Part shown: piece after piece, positions 19,441 to 29,040 of the stretch | Numbering within the stretch: position 1 is the stretch's first letter | How the letters are laid out: the number at the start of each line of letters is the position of its first letter | NCBI GenBank assembly: GCA_963728005.1 | Contig: CAVSIG010000001.1 | Span: 1,184,462-1,248,461, forward strand | DNA from: an uncultured Microthrixaceae bacterium | Lineage (GTDB): Bacteria > Actinomycetota > Acidimicrobiia > Acidimicrobiales > DATDAH01 | Length of the DNA stretch: 64,000 nt | Direction of reading: 5' to 3' | Program-made: the position numbers and the translations under genes | Notes under the pieces: generated by a model | Told to the model about the DNA's origin: nothing | Database searches by the model: none | What the model saw: only the letters and a program-made list of their open reading frames with translations

Positions 19441-20367
19441 GTGGGCAGCCGGATCACGGGCTGGGGCGCGGCCCTCCCCGAGAAGGTCCTGACCAACACC
19501 GACCTCGAGGGCTGGCTGGACACCAGCGACGAGTGGATCGTCGAGCGCACCGGCATCCGCGAGCGCCGGGTCGGCGGTGTCACCAGCGACCTCGCCGTGC
19601 AGGCCGGCCAGGCCGCGCTGTCCAAGGCCGGCCGTGCCCCGGAGGACGTCGACGCCCTGATCCTGGCCACGACGACGCCGGACCAGGCCGTGCCGGCGAC
19701 GGCGTCGACCGTCCAGGCCATCCTCGGCGTCGACTGCGGCGCCTTCGACCTCAACGCCGCCTGTTCGGGGTTCGTGTACTCGCTGGTCGCGGCCCACGGG
19801 CTCACCGCCATCGGCCACCGCTGCATCCTCGTCATCGGCGTCGACACACTGAGCAAGATCATCGATTGGGACGATCGGAGCACGGCGATCCTCTTCGGGG
19901 ACGGCGGCGGTGCCGTCGTGCTCGAGGCCGACGCCCAGGAGCACATCCTCGGCTGGGACCTCAGCTCTGACGGGACGACCCGGGACCTGCTCTACGCCGA
20001 CATCGGCTCGACGGTCGTGATGGACGGGCCCGAGGTCTTCCGCAAGGCGGTCAGGGTCGTCGTCGAGAGCGGGGAGCGTGCGATGGATCGGGCCGGCGTC
20101 GTCTCCGCCGACCTCGACCTCGTCATCCCCCACCAGGCCAACCAGCGGATCATCGACAGCGCCATGCGTCGCCTCGACGTCCCCGACGAGAAGGTCGTCT
20201 CCGTCCTCGACCGCATCGGCAACACCTCGGCGGGGTCGATCCCCTACGCGCTGGCCGAGGCGGCGGACCAGGGGCGCCTGGCCGACGGCGACCTCGTCCT
20301 GCTGGTCGGGTTCGGAGCGGGCATGACCGCCGCCAGCACCGTGCTCCGCTGGAACGCGGGGCGGTGA
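19441..20367 (+). CDS. fabH: 3-oxoacyl-ACP synthase III
   Basis: WIVERTGIRERR, AACSGFVY (Cys), HQAN, GNTSAGSIP motifs; GTG start. Confidence 0.9.
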   Translation: MGSRITGWGAALPEKVLTNTDLEGWLDTSDEWIVERTGIRERRVGGVTSDLAVQAGQAALSKAGRAPEDVDALILATTTPDQAVPATASTVQAILGVDCGAFDLNAACSGFVYSLVAAHGLTAIGHRCILVIGVDTLSKIIDWDDRSTAILFGDGGGAVVLEADAQEHILGWDLSSDGTTRDLLYADIGSTVVMDGPEVFRKAVRVVVESGERAMDRAGVVSADLDLVIPHQANQRIIDSAMRRLDVPDEKVVSVLDRIGNTSAGSIPYALAEAADQGRLADGDLVLLVGFGAGMTAASTVLRWNAGR

Positions 20368-21086
20368 GCGAGGGCCGCGTCGCCCTCGTGACGGGCGGCA
20401 ACCGAGGCATCGGCCTGGCCTGCGCCCGCGCGTTGGCCGACGCCGGGATGCGGGTCGCCGTCACCTACCGGAAGGAGGCGCCCGACGAGGCGGGGCTGTT
20501 CCCCGTGCTGTGTGACGTGACGGACTCCGACGCCGTCGACGCCGCCTTCGCCACCGTCGAGGAGGAGCTGGGGCCGGTCGAGGTCCTGGTCCACGCCGCT
20601 GGGGCCAATGCCGACACCCTCCTGCTGATGATGAAGGAGGAGGACTTCACCAGCGTCCTCGACGCCAACCTGACCGGCGCCTTCCGGGTCGCAAAGCGGG
20701 CGGCCAAGCGCATGCTGCGGGCCCGGTGGGGCCGGATCGTCCTCGTCGGCTCGGTCGTCGGCCAGATCGGGTCGGCGGGCCAGGTGAACTACGCGGCCTC
20801 CAAGGCCGGCCTCGTCGGCTTCTCCAAGTCCCTCGCCCGGGAGCTGGCCTCCCGGGCGATAACCGTCAACGTCGTCAGCCCCGGCCCGATCGACACCGAC
20901 ATGCTGCGGGAGCTCGACGACGAACGCCGCACCGCCCTGACCGCCGTCGTCCCCCTGGGGCGGGTCGGCGAGCCCGACGAGGTGGCGGCCGCTGTCGCCT
21001 TCCTCGCCTCCGACGCCGCCGCGTACATCACCGGGGCCAACCTGCCCGTCGACGGCGGCCTCGGCATGGGCGGCGTGGGAAGCTGA
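20364..21086 (+). CDS. fabG: 3-oxoacyl-ACP reductase (SDR)
   Basis: TGGNRGIG, NYAASKAG catalytic YxxxK. Confidence 0.9.
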   Translation: MSEGRVALVTGGNRGIGLACARALADAGMRVAVTYRKEAPDEAGLFPVLCDVTDSDAVDAAFATVEEELGPVEVLVHAAGANADTLLLMMKEEDFTSVLDANLTGAFRVAKRAAKRMLRARWGRIVLVGSVVGQIGSAGQVNYAASKAGLVGFSKSLARELASRAITVNVVSPGPIDTDMLRELDDERRTALTAVVPLGRVGEPDEVAAAVAFLASDAAAYITGANLPVDGGLGMGGVGS

Positions 21087-21143
21087 ACAGACCACCGACC
21101 GACCAATGGTTCGACGAACCAGACCACCAGGAGAGGAACCCCC

Positions 21144-21380
21144 GTGAGTGACGATGTGTTCGAGCGCTTCAAGGGCCACGCCGTGACCGTGCTCGCCGTG
21201 GACGCCGACAAGGTGACGCTCGAGGCGAACTTCGCCGACGACCTCGACGCCGACAGCCTCGACCTCGTCGAGCTCGTCATGGCCCTCGAGGACGAGTTCG
21301 ACGTGAGCATCGACGAGGAGGAGCTGGAGGGCATCGCGACCGTCAACCAGGCCGTGGACCTCGTCCGCTCCAAGCTCTGA
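21144..21380 (+). CDS. acpP: Acyl carrier protein
   Basis: 78 aa; DLDADSLDLVELVMALEDEF phosphopantetheine site. Confidence 0.9.
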   Translation: MSDDVFERFKGHAVTVLAVDADKVTLEANFADDLDADSLDLVELVMALEDEFDVSIDEEELEGIATVNQAVDLVRSKL

Positions 21381-21382
21381 CC

Positions 21383-22558
21383 ATGGAGGGGCGCCGCGTC
21401 GTCATCACGGGGATCGGGGTCGTCTCGCCGGTCGGCATCGGCACCGACGACTTCTGGGAGGCCCTCTTCCGCCCCAGCGCCGTGGGCAAGGTGCGGGAGC
21501 TGGAGGACTGGGACCCCTCGCCGTGGTTCGACGGGCCGAAGGACGCCCGCCGGGCCGACCGCTTCACGCAGCTCGGCGCCGCCGCGGCGGGGCTAGCGCT
21601 CGACCAGGCCGGCGACCTCGGCGGCGACCCCGACCGCGTCGGCGTGATCATCGGCACCGGCATCGGCGGCCTGCACACGCTGGAGGAGCAGATCGAGGTC
21701 TACCGGTCCCGGGGCCCGGAGCGGGTCTCTCCGTTCATGATCCCGATGCTCATGCCCAACGCCGCCGCGGCCCGGGTGTCCATGCGTCACGGCTTCCGGG
21801 GCCCGTGCCAGACGGTGACGACCGCCTGTGCCGCCGGCACCCACTCCATCGGCGACGCCGCCCATCTGGTCGCCGCCGGGCGCTGTGACGTCATGGTGGC
21901 CGGTGGCACCGAGAGCACCGTCACCGGTACCGGCGTGGCCGGGTTCGAGAACATGACCGCGCTCTCGGCGTCCGGCGTCTCTCGCCCGTTCGACAAGGAT
22001 CGGGACGGCTTCGTCATGGCCGAGGGCGCCGGCGTCATCGTCCTGGAGGAGCTGGAGCACGCACTGGCCCGCGGCGTCACGCCCCTGGCCGAGCTGCTGG
22101 GCTCGGCCAGCACGGCCGACGCCCACCACATCACCGCCCCGTCCCCTGGTGGCTCCGGCGCGGTGAGCTGCATGGAACTTGCGTTGGCCGACGCCGGGGT
22201 GAACGCCGACGACGTGGCCCACGTCAACGCCCACGGCACGTCGACCCCGCTCAACGACGCCGCCGAGGCCGAGGCCATCGTCAAGGTGCTGGGCGCCGAC
22301 GGTCCGCCCGTGACGTCCATCAAGGGCGTCACCGGCCACAGCCTGGGCGCCGCCGGTGCGCTGGAGGCGGCCGCCGTCGTGCTCTCCATCCAGAACGGGC
22401 GCATCCCGCCGACGGCCAATCACGTCGAGCCCGAGCCCGACCTGGCCCAGATCGACGTCGTCACCGGCGACGGCCGCGACTGGACCCCCGGGCCCACGCT
22501 CTCGAACAGCTTCGGCTTCGGCGGCCACAACGGCTGCCTGGTGCTCGGTCCCGCCTGA
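21383..22558 (+). CDS. fabF: 3-oxoacyl-ACP synthase II
   Basis: CAAGTHSIG active-site Cys, HGTSTPLND, GHSLGAAG, FGFGGHNG. Confidence 0.9.
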   Translation: MEGRRVVITGIGVVSPVGIGTDDFWEALFRPSAVGKVRELEDWDPSPWFDGPKDARRADRFTQLGAAAAGLALDQAGDLGGDPDRVGVIIGTGIGGLHTLEEQIEVYRSRGPERVSPFMIPMLMPNAAAARVSMRHGFRGPCQTVTTACAAGTHSIGDAAHLVAAGRCDVMVAGGTESTVTGTGVAGFENMTALSASGVSRPFDKDRDGFVMAEGAGVIVLEELEHALARGVTPLAELLGSASTADAHHITAPSPGGSGAVSCMELALADAGVNADDVAHVNAHGTSTPLNDAAEAEAIVKVLGADGPPVTSIKGVTGHSLGAAGALEAAAVVLSIQNGRIPPTANHVEPEPDLAQIDVVTGDGRDWTPGPTLSNSFGFGGHNGCLVLGPA

Positions 22559-22561
22559 GCC

Positions 22562-23035
22562 TCAGAGCCCCGGCAGGTCGGCCCGGTTCACCACCAGGAA
22601 GAAGAGGCCGGTCTCACAGGCCAGCTCGCCGTCCACGGTCGCCCGGCCCGTGCCCTTGCCGGCCCGCTTGGACCGCCGGGTTATCTCGACCTCGAGGTCG
22701 ATCGTCTCCCCCGGTCGGACCTGGCGCCGGAACCGGGCCTTGTCGATCCCTCCGAAGAACGGGATGTCGCCGTCGAGGCCCTCCGCGGCCAGCGCGCCGA
22801 CCGCGCCCATCTGGGCGAGGGACTCGACGAGGAGGACGCCGGGAACCACCGGGTAACCCGGGAAGTGCCCCGCGAAGAACGGCAGGTCGGCGGTCGGCGT
22901 CCACCGTCCCCGGGTCCGCTGGTTGGGGACGATCAGTGTGATCTCGTCGACCAACAGGAACGGCGCTCGATGTGGGAGGACGTCCTCCGGCCGAGGCAGT
23001 GGGTCGCCCGGCTGCCAGGGCCCGTCGAGGCTCAC
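22562..23035 (-). CDS. fabZ: 3-hydroxyacyl-ACP dehydratase, hotdog fold
   Basis: LPHRAPFLLVDEI, FFAGHFPGYPVVPGVLLVESLAQ. Confidence 0.8.
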   Translation of the reverse strand: MSLDGPWQPGDPLPRPEDVLPHRAPFLLVDEITLIVPNQRTRGRWTPTADLPFFAGHFPGYPVVPGVLLVESLAQMGAVGALAAEGLDGDIPFFGGIDKARFRRQVRPGETIDLEVEITRRSKRAGKGTGRATVDGELACETGLFFLVVNRADLPGL

Positions 23036-23487
23036 CCCTCGAGGGCGGCGAGGAACTTCGTCGGCGTGTCCTTCGGGCTGACCTTGTACCAGGCCTCCTG
23101 GACCTTGCCCTTGCCGTCGATCAGGAACGACGACCGGATGATGCCCATGTAGGTGCGGCCGTAGTTCTTCTTCTCGCCCCAGACGTCGTACGCCTCGGCG
23201 ACCTGGTGCTCCGGGTCGCTCAGCAGGGTGAACCCGAGGCCGAACTTCTCGTCGAACTTCTTCAGCTTCTCGGGCTTGTCCGGGCTGATGCCGAGGATGA
23301 CGGCATCACCCACGTCGTCCTTCACGTCACGCAGCCCGCACGACTGCGTCGTGCAGCCCGGCGTGTCGGCCTTCGGGTAGAAGTAGACGAGCACGGGCCG
23401 GCCCTTGAAGTCCGACAGCTTCACCTTCTCCCCCTCCTGGTCCAGGAGGTTGATCGCGGGGGCCTTGTCTCCGGGTTCGAGCGCCAT
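23032..23487 (-). CDS. bcp: Thioredoxin-dependent peroxiredoxin Bcp
   Basis: VLVYFYPKADTPGCTTQSC motif; ATG 23487 (upstream part of ORF 23032..23781 is out-of-context). Confidence 0.8.
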   Translation of the reverse strand: MALEPGDKAPAINLLDQEGEKVKLSDFKGRPVLVYFYPKADTPGCTTQSCGLRDVKDDVGDAVILGISPDKPEKLKKFDEKFGLGFTLLSDPEHQVAEAYDVWGEKKNYGRTYMGIIRSSFLIDGKGKVQEAWYKVSPKDTPTKFLAALEG

Positions 23488-23497
23488 GGTCCGGAGG

Positions 23498-24304
23498 CTA
23501 GGGCACGGTTCCGGGACCGTGGTCCGACAGGAACGCGCCGACCTCGTCGTTGAAGCGAATCGGGAGCTCGACGTTGACGACGTGACCCGCGTCGGGGACC
23601 ACGACGAGCTGCGAGCCGGGGATCGTGGTGTGCAGCGCCCGGGCCACGCTGAGCGGAGCACGGACGTCGGCGTCGCCGTAGAGGAGCAGCGTCGGGACGT
23701 CCACCGTCGGTGGGACGTCGCGGAGGTCCTCCGCTGAGGCCCGGGCCATCGCCCGGAATCCCGCGGGATGGAAGGCGGCAAGCGAGTCCCGGAACGCGAC
23801 CAGGTCGCCCTCAGCCACCGGCAGGGCGAACATCGTCGGCAGCAGGGCGTCCACGAACTCGTCCGATGGCACCTCGGACAGGCGGATCGCCTGTGCCAGT
23901 CGAGCCTCGGCGGCCTCGGGCGTCAGCGAGCCTCGCCACCCGGCGTAGGCCGACGCGAGTACGAGGGTCTCCGTCAGGGCGCGGTGCCGGCGCTGCAACG
24001 CCAGCGCGAGTGCGCCGCCGAACGAAAGGCCGACGACGTGTGCCCTCCCCAGGGCGAGGGCCTCGATGAACCCGGCGAGGCACTCGGCGTAGCCGTCGAT
24101 GCCGAAGTCCTCGGGTGGGTCCGACGACTCGCCGGCGCCGGGAGCATCCCAGGCAACGACCGTGAAGTCGGTGGCGAGGGCGTCGATCTGGTGACGCCAC
24201 AGCGACGGACCGTCACCCACGTAGCCGTGGAGCAGGAGCAGCAAAGGCCCGTACCCGGCGCGCTCGTAGGCGATGGTCAGGCCACCGATCTCGACCCGTT
24301 CCAC
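23498..24304 (-). CDS. Alpha/beta-fold hydrolase
   Basis: HGYVGDG..., GLSFGG nucleophile elbow, C-terminal His region; GTG start chosen at 24304. Confidence 0.65.
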   Translation of the reverse strand: MERVEIGGLTIAYERAGYGPLLLLLHGYVGDGPSLWRHQIDALATDFTVVAWDAPGAGESSDPPEDFGIDGYAECLAGFIEALALGRAHVVGLSFGGALALALQRRHRALTETLVLASAYAGWRGSLTPEAAEARLAQAIRLSEVPSDEFVDALLPTMFALPVAEGDLVAFRDSLAAFHPAGFRAMARASAEDLRDVPPTVDVPTLLLYGDADVRAPLSVARALHTTIPGSQLVVVPDAGHVVNVELPIRFNDEVGAFLSDHGPGTVP

Positions 24305-24386
24305 GATCGCGAAACGTAGCCATCTGCTACCCCGGACGCGACGGAGGGGCGGTCCGAAGACCGCCCCTCCGTGCCGGAGTGGTGCG

Positions 24387-24662
24387 TCAGCCCTTGGCCG
24401 CAGCCTTGAGCTTGGAGCCCGCCGAGACCTTGGCCGCGTTCGTGGCCGCGATCTGGATGGTCTCGCCCGTCTGCGGGTTGCGACCCGTCCGAGCAGAGCG
24501 GAAGGTCTGCTCGATCGAGAGGAAGCCCGGGATCGTGATCTTGTCCCCCGAAGCGACCGCCTTGTAGGCCACCTCCGCGAAACCGTCGAGAACGGCCCCC
24601 GCGTCCGACTTGCTGACACCCGTCGCACCGGCGATGGCGTCGATCAGCTCACTCTTGTTCAT
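24387..24662 (-). CDS. hupB: Nucleoid-associated protein HU
   Basis: MNKSELIDAIA...GFLSIEQTFRSARTGRNPQTGETIQI; 91 aa. Confidence 0.9.
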   Translation of the reverse strand: MNKSELIDAIAGATGVSKSDAGAVLDGFAEVAYKAVASGDKITIPGFLSIEQTFRSARTGRNPQTGETIQIAATNAAKVSAGSKLKAAAKG

Positions 24663-24759
24663 TGCACCCTCCTGGGCTTTGCGGACGATCGGGTCGGTCC
24701 CGAAACGAACCGGCAGTAGGGCACGCGAGTCGATCTGACCCCCCAAAGTCAAGCATTTC

Positions 24760-25571
24760 GGGGGTTCAGGGCGTTTCGGAAGCGTCGCGACCAGTGCCGC
24801 GGCGTCGGTCGGGGAGGCCCCCTCGAGGAGCCGCCGGACCAGTGCCGAGCCGATCACGACCCCGTCGGCGACGGTGCAGGCCTCGACCGCCTGCTCGGGG
24901 GTGGAGATGCCCACACCGATGAGCACCGGCTTGTCGGTGACCTCCTTCAGCCGGCGGGCGAGCTCGACGGCGGTCGCCGCCAGGGCGTCCCGCTCGCCCG
25001 TCACGCCGAGGAGGCCGACGCCGTAGACGAAGCCCCGGGAGCGCTCGGCGATCCGGGCCAGGCGCTCGTCGGGGGTCGTGGGCGCGGCCAGCAGCACGGT
25101 CTCGACGCCGGCGCGGTCGGCGGCCCGGGCCCAGTGGCCGGCCTCGTCCAGGGGCAGATCGGGCAGGATCGCCGCCGCCACGCCGGCCCGCGCCAGCTCG
25201 TCGGCGCAGCGCTGGTGGCCCCAGCGAAAGACGAGGTTGTAGTAGGTCATCACCGCCAGCGGGACCACGTGCTCGTGGCCCGCCAGGTCGTCGACGATCC
25301 CCTGGGGCGTGGCCCCCGCCGCCAAGGCCCGCTCGCTGGCCTCCTGGATCACCGGGCCGTCCATCACGGGGTCGGAGAAGGGGATTCCCACCTCGATGGC
25401 GTCGGCGCCGGCCTCGGCCAGAGGGTCCAGCAGCTCGGTCCAGCCCGGAAGGCCACCGGTCAGGTAGGGCACGAGGAGCTTGCGACCGGCGTCGCGGCCC
25501 GCTCGCAGGGCCGCCTCCAGCCCGCCGATCTCCGCCGGTGCCGGGGGGACCGGCACCGTGATCTCACCCAC
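24760..25571 (-). CDS. trpA: Tryptophan synthase alpha chain; no in-frame stop before hupB in this assembly (3' end uncertain)
   Basis: [35 protein letters not shown] motifs; frame stays open through the trpA-hupB spacer. Confidence 0.75.
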
Positions 25572-26739
25572 GGAGCGCGGAGACCTGCGCCACGTCCTTG
25601 TCCCCCCGTCCGGACAGGTTCAGGAGCACGACCTTGCCCGCCAGGGACGCCCGCTCCCGGGAGATCCAGGCCAGGGCGTGGGCGGGCTCGAGGGCGGGGA
25701 TGATGCCCTCGGTCCGGGACAGGAGGGCGAAGGCGTCCAGCACCTCCTCGTCGTCGACCGCCTCGTACCGGGCCCGCCCGATGTCGGCGAGGTGGGCGTG
25801 CTCGGGGCCGACGCCCGGGTAGTCGAGGCCGGCGGACACGGAATACGCCTCCTGGACCTGCCCGGCCTCGTCCTGGAGCAGGTACGAGGTGCTGCCGTGG
25901 ACCACGCCAGGCACGCCGTGGCCGACGGCGGCGCCGCCCACGGGCTCGACGCCGACGAGCTCGGTTCCCTCGTCGTCGATGAAGCCCGAGAAGATGGCGA
26001 TGGCGTTGGACCCCCCACCCACACAGGCCACGACCACGTCGGGCAGGCCGCCGGTGCGCTCCAGCACCTGCTCCCGCGCCTCCTGGCCGACGACCCGGTG
26101 CAGCTCCCGCACCATCCACGGGTACGGGTGGGGGCCCATGACCGACCCGAGGCAGTAGTGGGTGTCCTCGACGGTGGCCACCCAGTCACGCATGGCCTCG
26201 TTGACGGCGTCCTTCAGGGTGCGGCTGCCCGAGGTGGCGGGCCGCACCTCGGAGCCCAGGAGGCGCATGCGGAAGACGTTCAGCTCCTGACGGGCCATGT
26301 CGACCTCGCCCATGTAGACGAGGCACTCCATGCCCAGCAGCGCCGCCGCGGTGGCCGTGGCGACACCGTGCTGGCCGGCGCCGGTCTCGGCCACCAGGCG
26401 CGTCTTGCCCATGCGCTTGGCCAGCAGGGCCTGGCCCAGCACGTTGTTGATCTTGTGGGAGCCCGTGTGGTTCAGGTCCTCCCGCTTCAGCAGGACCCGG
26501 CACCCCAGCTCGTCGGACAGGTTCGGGCAGTCGGTCAGGATCGAGGGGCGCCCGGCGTAGTCCCGCAGGAGCCGGTCCAGCTCGCCGCGGAACTCGGGGT
26601 CGGCCCAGGCTGCGGTGAAGGCTGCCTCCAGCTCCTCGCAGGCCGGGATCAGCGTCTCGGGGACGAACCGGCCGCCGAACCGGCCGAAGCGACCGTCGGC
26701 GCCCGGAGTCGGCATCAGCGAGGTGTCGCTGCTCACCAC
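25564..26739 (-). CDS. trpB: Tryptophan synthase beta chain
   Basis: [19 protein letters not shown] (PLP Lys), GGGSNA. Confidence 0.9.
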   Translation of the reverse strand: MVSSDTSLMPTPGADGRFGRFGGRFVPETLIPACEELEAAFTAAWADPEFRGELDRLLRDYAGRPSILTDCPNLSDELGCRVLLKREDLNHTGSHKINNVLGQALLAKRMGKTRLVAETGAGQHGVATATAAALLGMECLVYMGEVDMARQELNVFRMRLLGSEVRPATSGSRTLKDAVNEAMRDWVATVEDTHYCLGSVMGPHPYPWMVRELHRVVGQEAREQVLERTGGLPDVVVACVGGGSNAIAIFSGFIDDEGTELVGVEPVGGAAVGHGVPGVVHGSTSYLLQDEAGQVQEAYSVSAGLDYPGVGPEHAHLADIGRARYEAVDDEEVLDAFALLSRTEGIIPALEPAHALAWISRERASLAGKVVLLNLSGRGDKDVAQVSALRG

Positions 26740-27401
26740 CCCGTCTCGGCTTCCCAGTCGTACGGGGCCCGACCGCTGCGGTCCAGGTACTCCTCCTCGG
26801 GGGCGGCGTCCCGGGCGGCCCGGATGAAGGCTCGGACCTTGGTGGCGTCCTTGCGACCGGGCGCGGACTCGACCCCGCTGGACACGTCCACCCCCCAGGG
26901 GCGCACGGCCTCGATGCCGTCGGCCACGTTCTCCGGGGTCAGCCCCCCGGCCAGGATCACCTTGCGGTTGAGGGGGATGCCGTCGGCCAGCGACCAGTCG
27001 AAGACCTGGCCGGACCCGGGGCGCGGGGCGTCCAGGAGCAGCGCGTCCGCCCCGAACTCGTCCCAGTGCTCCAGCGCCGGATCACCGGCGGGGAGGCCCT
27101 TGATGACGAGGCCGACCCGCTGGCGCACCGCCTTCGTCGTGTCGCTGGTCTCCCGCCCGTGGAGCTGCGCCGCCTTCAGGCCGCAGGTGTGCACGATCTG
27201 GATGACCTGCTGGGCGGACTGGTCCCGGAACACGCCGACCGTGAGGATCTCGGGCGGGAGCCGCCCGGCGATGTCGCGCACCTTGTTGGGCGCCATCTGC
27301 CGGGGCGAGGGGGCGAAGACGAAGCCGATGGCGTCGGCCCCCATGGCCACGGCGAGGAGGGCGTCCTCCTCGCTCGTGATCCCGCAGATCTTGACGAACA
27401 C
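26733..27401 (-). CDS. trpF: Phosphoribosylanthranilate isomerase
   Basis: [21 protein letters not shown] motifs; GTG start overlapping trpC end region. Confidence 0.8.
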   Translation of the reverse strand: MFVKICGITSEEDALLAVAMGADAIGFVFAPSPRQMAPNKVRDIAGRLPPEILTVGVFRDQSAQQVIQIVHTCGLKAAQLHGRETSDTTKAVRQRVGLVIKGLPAGDPALEHWDEFGADALLLDAPRPGSGQVFDWSLADGIPLNRKVILAGGLTPENVADGIEAVRPWGVDVSSGVESAPGRKDATKVRAFIRAARDAAPEEEYLDRSGRAPYDWEAETGW

Positions 27402-27411
27402 GGCCGGGACG

Positions 27412-28219
27412 CTACCGGTCGCCTGGGGCCGGACTGTGGCCTTTGCCGGCCTCCACGAGGGCAGCCGTGGCCGTCACCGGGTCCTCGGCCGTGACCAGCG
27501 ACTCGCCCACCAGCACAGCGTCGTACGCCGGCTCGACCGAGGACCACGACGTCGTCGGGACCGGTGACCCCCGACTCAGCCACCCGCACGACGCCGCCCG
27601 GCAGTTCGGCGGCGAGGTCGACGGCCCGGTTGGTGTCCACCGAGAACGTCATGAGGTTCCGCTGGTTGACCCCGACCAGGTCGGCGCCGGCGGCCAGCGC
27701 CCGGTCGACCTCAGACTGGTCGTGCACCTCCACCAGCGCGGCCAGGTCCAGCTCGGCCGCCAGCTGGCCGAAGGCCTTCAGCTCGGCGTCGTCGAGGGCG
27801 GCGACGATGAGGAGCACGGCGTCGGCCCCCATGAGCCGAGCGTCGCACACGTCGACCTCGCTCACGGTGAAGTCCTTGCGCAGCACCGGCAGCTCGACCG
27901 CCGCCCGCGCCGCCGCCAGGTCCTCCGGCGAACCGCCGAAGTGGTCCTGGTCGGTGAGGACGGACAGGCAGGCCGCACCGCCCGCCTCGTACTTCCGGGC
28001 CACGGCCGCCGGGTCCAGGTCCGGCGCCAGGTCGCCTTTCGACGGCGAGCGGCGCTTGATCTCGGCGATGACGGCCACCCCGGTCGTGGCCGCCAGCGAG
28101 CGCCGGAACGGCCGGGGCGGAGGCGTCACCTTGGCCGCCTCGATCAGGTCGTCGGTGGAGCGCCCGTCGGCGGCCGCCCGCTCCCGGTGGGCAGCCACGA
28201 TCCCGTCCAGATAGGTCAC
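27412..28219 (-). CDS. trpC: Indole-3-glycerol phosphate synthase; frameshift near 27530
   Basis: YLDGIVAAHRE, IAEIKRRSPSKG, LRKDF, GVNQRNL; C-terminus (AYDAVLVGESLVTAEDP) continues in a second frame to TAG at 27412. Confidence 0.85.
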
Positions 28220-29040
28220 GGGAGGGCGACGATCTCGACCGGCTGGCCGTCGACGGTGGCCGCGGCGGGCGGCTCGACGGCCCGACCGACGTAGGCGAGC
28301 GCCCGGCCGGGCACGGACGAGGTCACGTGACCCACGACCTTCCCGTCGACGACGAGCTCGGCCCCGACGGGCAGGACCCCTTCGGCGACGACTCCCCGCA
28401 GGTGGCGGGGCACGTTGCCGCCCCGGCTGTCGATGCGGGCCACCAGCTCCTGGCCGGTGAAGCAGCCCTTGGTGAAGCTCACCGAGCGCTCGACGATGCC
28501 CGCTTCGGCGGGGATCGTGCTCTCGGTCAGCTCCGAGCCCATCTCGGGCACGCCGGCCTCGATCCGGGCCCGCTCGAGGTCGTCGGTCGACCACACCTCG
28601 ATGCCAGACGGGATCTCGGAGGAGCCCAGCAGGTCCACGCCGTCGATGCCGGGCCAGGCCGGGTCGGCGGCTCGGGCATCCCGCGGGGCGTCGACGACCG
28701 CGCCCCGCACCGCGACCATCGACACGGTCGACAGGGAGAGCTCGGCCTTGGTGCGCAGCAGGAAGCGCTGGAGCCGGGCCAGGAGCGCCTCGCCCGAACC
28801 CGCGTCGACGTCGGCCTCGTAGACGTCGTGCCCGACCCGGCTGATGCGGAACCAGGCGTCGACCTTGCCCTGGGGCTGGAGGACGAACGTCCACGCCGAG
28901 TCCCCCATCTCCAGACGGCTCACGTCCTGGCTGAGCTGTCCCTGGAGGTAGGCCTCGGCGTCGGGGCCCTCGATGCGGACCACGTCCCGCTCGACGACGA
29001 CGGCACCCACGTCAGCCACGACCGGCCTCCGCCGCGGCAC
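28216..29040 (-). CDS. YgfZ/GcvT-like folate-binding protein
   Basis: TKGCFTGQELVAR signature (KGCYxGQE family motif). Confidence 0.7.
   Translation of the reverse strand: MPRRRPVVADVGAVVVERDVVRIEGPDAEAYLQGQLSQDVSRLEMGDSAWTFVLQPQGKVDAWFRISRVGHDVYEADVDAGSGEALLARLQRFLLRTKAELSLSTVSMVAVRGAVVDAPRDARAADPAWPGIDGVDLLGSSEIPSGIEVWSTDDLERARIEAGVPEMGSELTESTIPAEAGIVERSVSFTKGCFTGQELVARIDSRGGNVPRHLRGVVAEGVLPVGAELVVDGKVVGHVTSSVPGRALAYVGRAVEPPAAATVDGQPVEIVALP

Noticed and set aside
18007-20133. 708-aa minus-strand ORF spanning the fabD-fabH region
   Set aside because: It is antisense to well-supported fab genes. Its composition (Arg/Gly/Pro/Ala runs) is typical of spurious open frames in 70% GC DNA.
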